Shown here: piece after piece, positions 62,309 through 64,000 of the stretch | Layout of the letters: each line of letters opens with the position of its first letter | How positions within the stretch are numbered: position 1 is the stretch's first letter | Assembly: GCA_043228905.1 (NCBI GenBank) | Contig: JBHGNT010000008.1 | Coordinates: 9,176,001 to 9,240,000, forward strand | DNA: 64,000 nt | DNA from: Azolla caroliniana | Lineage: Eukaryota; Plantae; Polypodiophyta | Direction: 5' to 3' | Program-made: the position numbers and the translations under genes | The notes under the pieces: model-generated | Databases searched by the model: none | Told to the model about the DNA's origin: nothing | Seen by the model: the letters and a program-made list of their open reading frames with translations, nothing else

Positions 62309-64000
62309 TCAGCCAAATAGCCGCACCCACCATGGCTTATATTTCTGTACCTCTTCCATCCTTCTAGGTTTCGCATCCCGATCAAACCTCGGCTGCTTTG
62401 GAAGCCCATTTCCAAGGAAAAAGTTTCCTAAACAGGAAACAATGATCAAACCCACAACACTAAACAAAGGACCTGCTATCATCTCGATCAACGAGGGCTT
62501 TCTTTTTGCATTTGCATTGTTCCCATGTATACTCAACTCATTTCTACATTCAATCTCCTCTTTATTTCCATTATTGACTGATGCATTCAACTCACTTACA
62601 CATTCAATCTCGCCTTGATTTGAAACGTTCCTTAATGCATCCAACTCGTCTCGAGATTCAATACCATTATTGAATGCATTTGAGTGAGTTCCAGGTTCAA
62701 CCACCTCCTTGAAATTCGCATAGTTCACAGACTCATTCGACTCATTTACACATTCAATCTCCTCAACCTTCACATTTGCAGTGTTCCCAAGTGCATTCAA
62801 CACACTTCCACATTCAATCTCCTCCACCTTCACCTTTGCAGTGTTCTCAAGTGCATTCAACTCACTTCCAGACTCAATCTCCTCCTCATTCTCATTTACA
62901 ACATTGCTTAGTGAATTCAGGTCATTTCCGATTTCAATCTCCTCTTCAAATGATTCTGAATGGATCTCCATTGCTTCAGCCTGAGACGGCTCATCATTTG
63001 AGTTCCTTTCCGGCCCCGGCCTATCACCAGAAGGCTCTTCAGATGTATTGAGGCTACGATTCTCCTGCATTGCTTGTTGCGGATTACTTCTCTTCTTTTT
63101 CTCCTCTTCATAATCCGGATCATCTGTAGGCAGTTCATATCTACACACGGGACAGGAGTTCCGAGCACTGAGCCAAGGAAGAATACATGTGCTATGGTAA
63201 AGGTGTAAACAAGGTAGTTGTTTTGCTAGCTCATCAAATGCCACTACATCTTTACAAATAGCACATATAGCCGACCCATCATCAAGATTTTGTTGCTTTA
63301 TATGAACCAAAGGAAGAGCTTCAATCGCTGATTTTGAAGCTGGAGGAGCACCCCTTCGAGAATTATCTGTTTCCATAAGCTGTTGTAAAACCTCTTCAAA
63401 GCCCCGAGCATCAACATAATCTCCCGGATTACCAACGTAAGCATCTGATTCGAACCAATCTAGATCAATTTCTGTGTTATAATTCCTTCTAATGGCTTGT
63501 AACCTTCTAAACAAGCCTCGACGAAGTACATTGCCAAAACGCAAGGAATTATTTCTATGAACTCGTGAACCCCCTTCTCCTCCTTCTACCATTCTAGTTT
63601 CTTCTTCTTCTATATGACCCCTATCTCGGGCTACTTCACCTTGCATACCATCCACGGCCTCAAGGAATCGGACAACAAGATCAGATTCACTGAATTCCAC
63701 TTCTTCCCATTCATCTTCATCTTCATCTTCATCATCTTCATCCTCCTCCTCCTCCTCTTCAAATGAATCCCAATCATTAAGCTCAAGATGTCCATCTTCC
63801 TCATCAGATTCTGTTTCTTCTACATCTGCAACTTCTCCCCCATGCTGGTGTTCATGTTCTTCACCATATCTCTCCATTCCATTCTGTGACCCAGAGCTCT
63901 CGTCCTGTGGCTCAGGATTTGATAGCCTTGCGGACTCACCAACTATTTCACGTAATTCAATTTCCCCGGGATTAGAGATTCCATCACATGATTGGGATAC
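62309..64000 (-). CDS. RING-H2 E3 ubiquitin ligase, CIP8-like, 5'-partial, no intron within the window
   Basis: YVGNPGDYVDARGFEEVLQQL..RRGAPPASKSAIEALP; CAICKD...LPCLHLYHSTCILPWLSARNSCPVCRYELPTDD; acidic N-terminal tract. The frame stays open from 63877 to the window end. Confidence 0.9.
   Translation of the reverse strand, partial: VSQSCDGISNPGEIELREIVGESARLSNPEPQDESSGSQNGMERYGEEHEHQHGGEVADVEETESDEEDGHLELNDWDSFEEEEEEDEDDEDEDEDEWEEVEFSESDLVVRFLEAVDGMQGEVARDRGHIEEEETRMVEGGEGGSRVHRNNSLRFGNVLRRGLFRRLQAIRRNYNTEIDLDWFESDAYVGNPGDYVDARGFEEVLQQLMETDNSRRGAPPASKSAIEALPLVHIKQQNLDDGSAICAICKDVVAFDELAKQLPCLHLYHSTCILPWLSARNSCPVCRYELPTDDPDYEEEKKKRSNPQQAMQENRSLNTSEEPSGDRPGPERNSNDEPSQAEAMEIHSESFEEEIEIGNDLNSLSNVVNENEEEIESGSELNALENTAKVKVEEIECGSVLNALGNTANVKVEEIECVNESNESVNYANFKEVVEPGTHSNAFNNGIESRDELDALRNVSNQGEIECVSELNASVNNGNKEEIECRNELSIHGNNANAKRKPSLIEMIAGPLFSVVGLIIVSCLGNFFLGNGLPKQPRFDRDAKPRRMEEVQKYKPWWVRLFG
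62520..62950 (-). repeat. Coding ~60-bp (20-aa) tandem repeat in the RING ligase C-terminal region
   Basis: ttcaatctcctc-type motif recurs at ~62549, 62753, 62813, 62873 and 62933; peptide EEIE(C/S)xxELN(A/S)LxN. Confidence 0.8.

Overview
Eukaryotic plant genomic DNA, probably a bryophyte or other seed-free plant (inferred from the retroelement types present). Two host genes sit at the window edges: a five-exon NAL1-like trypsin-family serine protease (+, to 2688) and a CIP8-like RING-H2 E3 ligase (-, from 62309). Between them, 5391-59646 is a single ~7 kb non-chromovirus Ty3/gypsy element with a tRNA-Trp PBS and 4-bp TSD. It has been expanded to 54 kb by 11 nested insertions, each delimited here by LTR termini and target-site duplications: four Ty1/copia elements, two solo LTRs, two non-autonomous tRNA-Trp-primed elements and three Tcn1-like chromoviruses. 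The most unusual signals are non-coding. (1) An antisense tRNA-like RNA polymerase III A-box/B-box module lies in U3 of the LTRs of three LTR families from two gypsy lineages. (2) The chromovirus LTRs carry heat-shock elements next to the TATA box and Tf1-type self-priming complementarity. (3) There are two different candidate -1 frameshift cassettes with pseudoknots. (4) Two copia elements with near-identical pol appear to have swapped Gag capsid regions. (5) The NAL1 homologue has Arg at its catalytic His position. All coordinates were read by eye and may be off by a few bases; no database searches were run.
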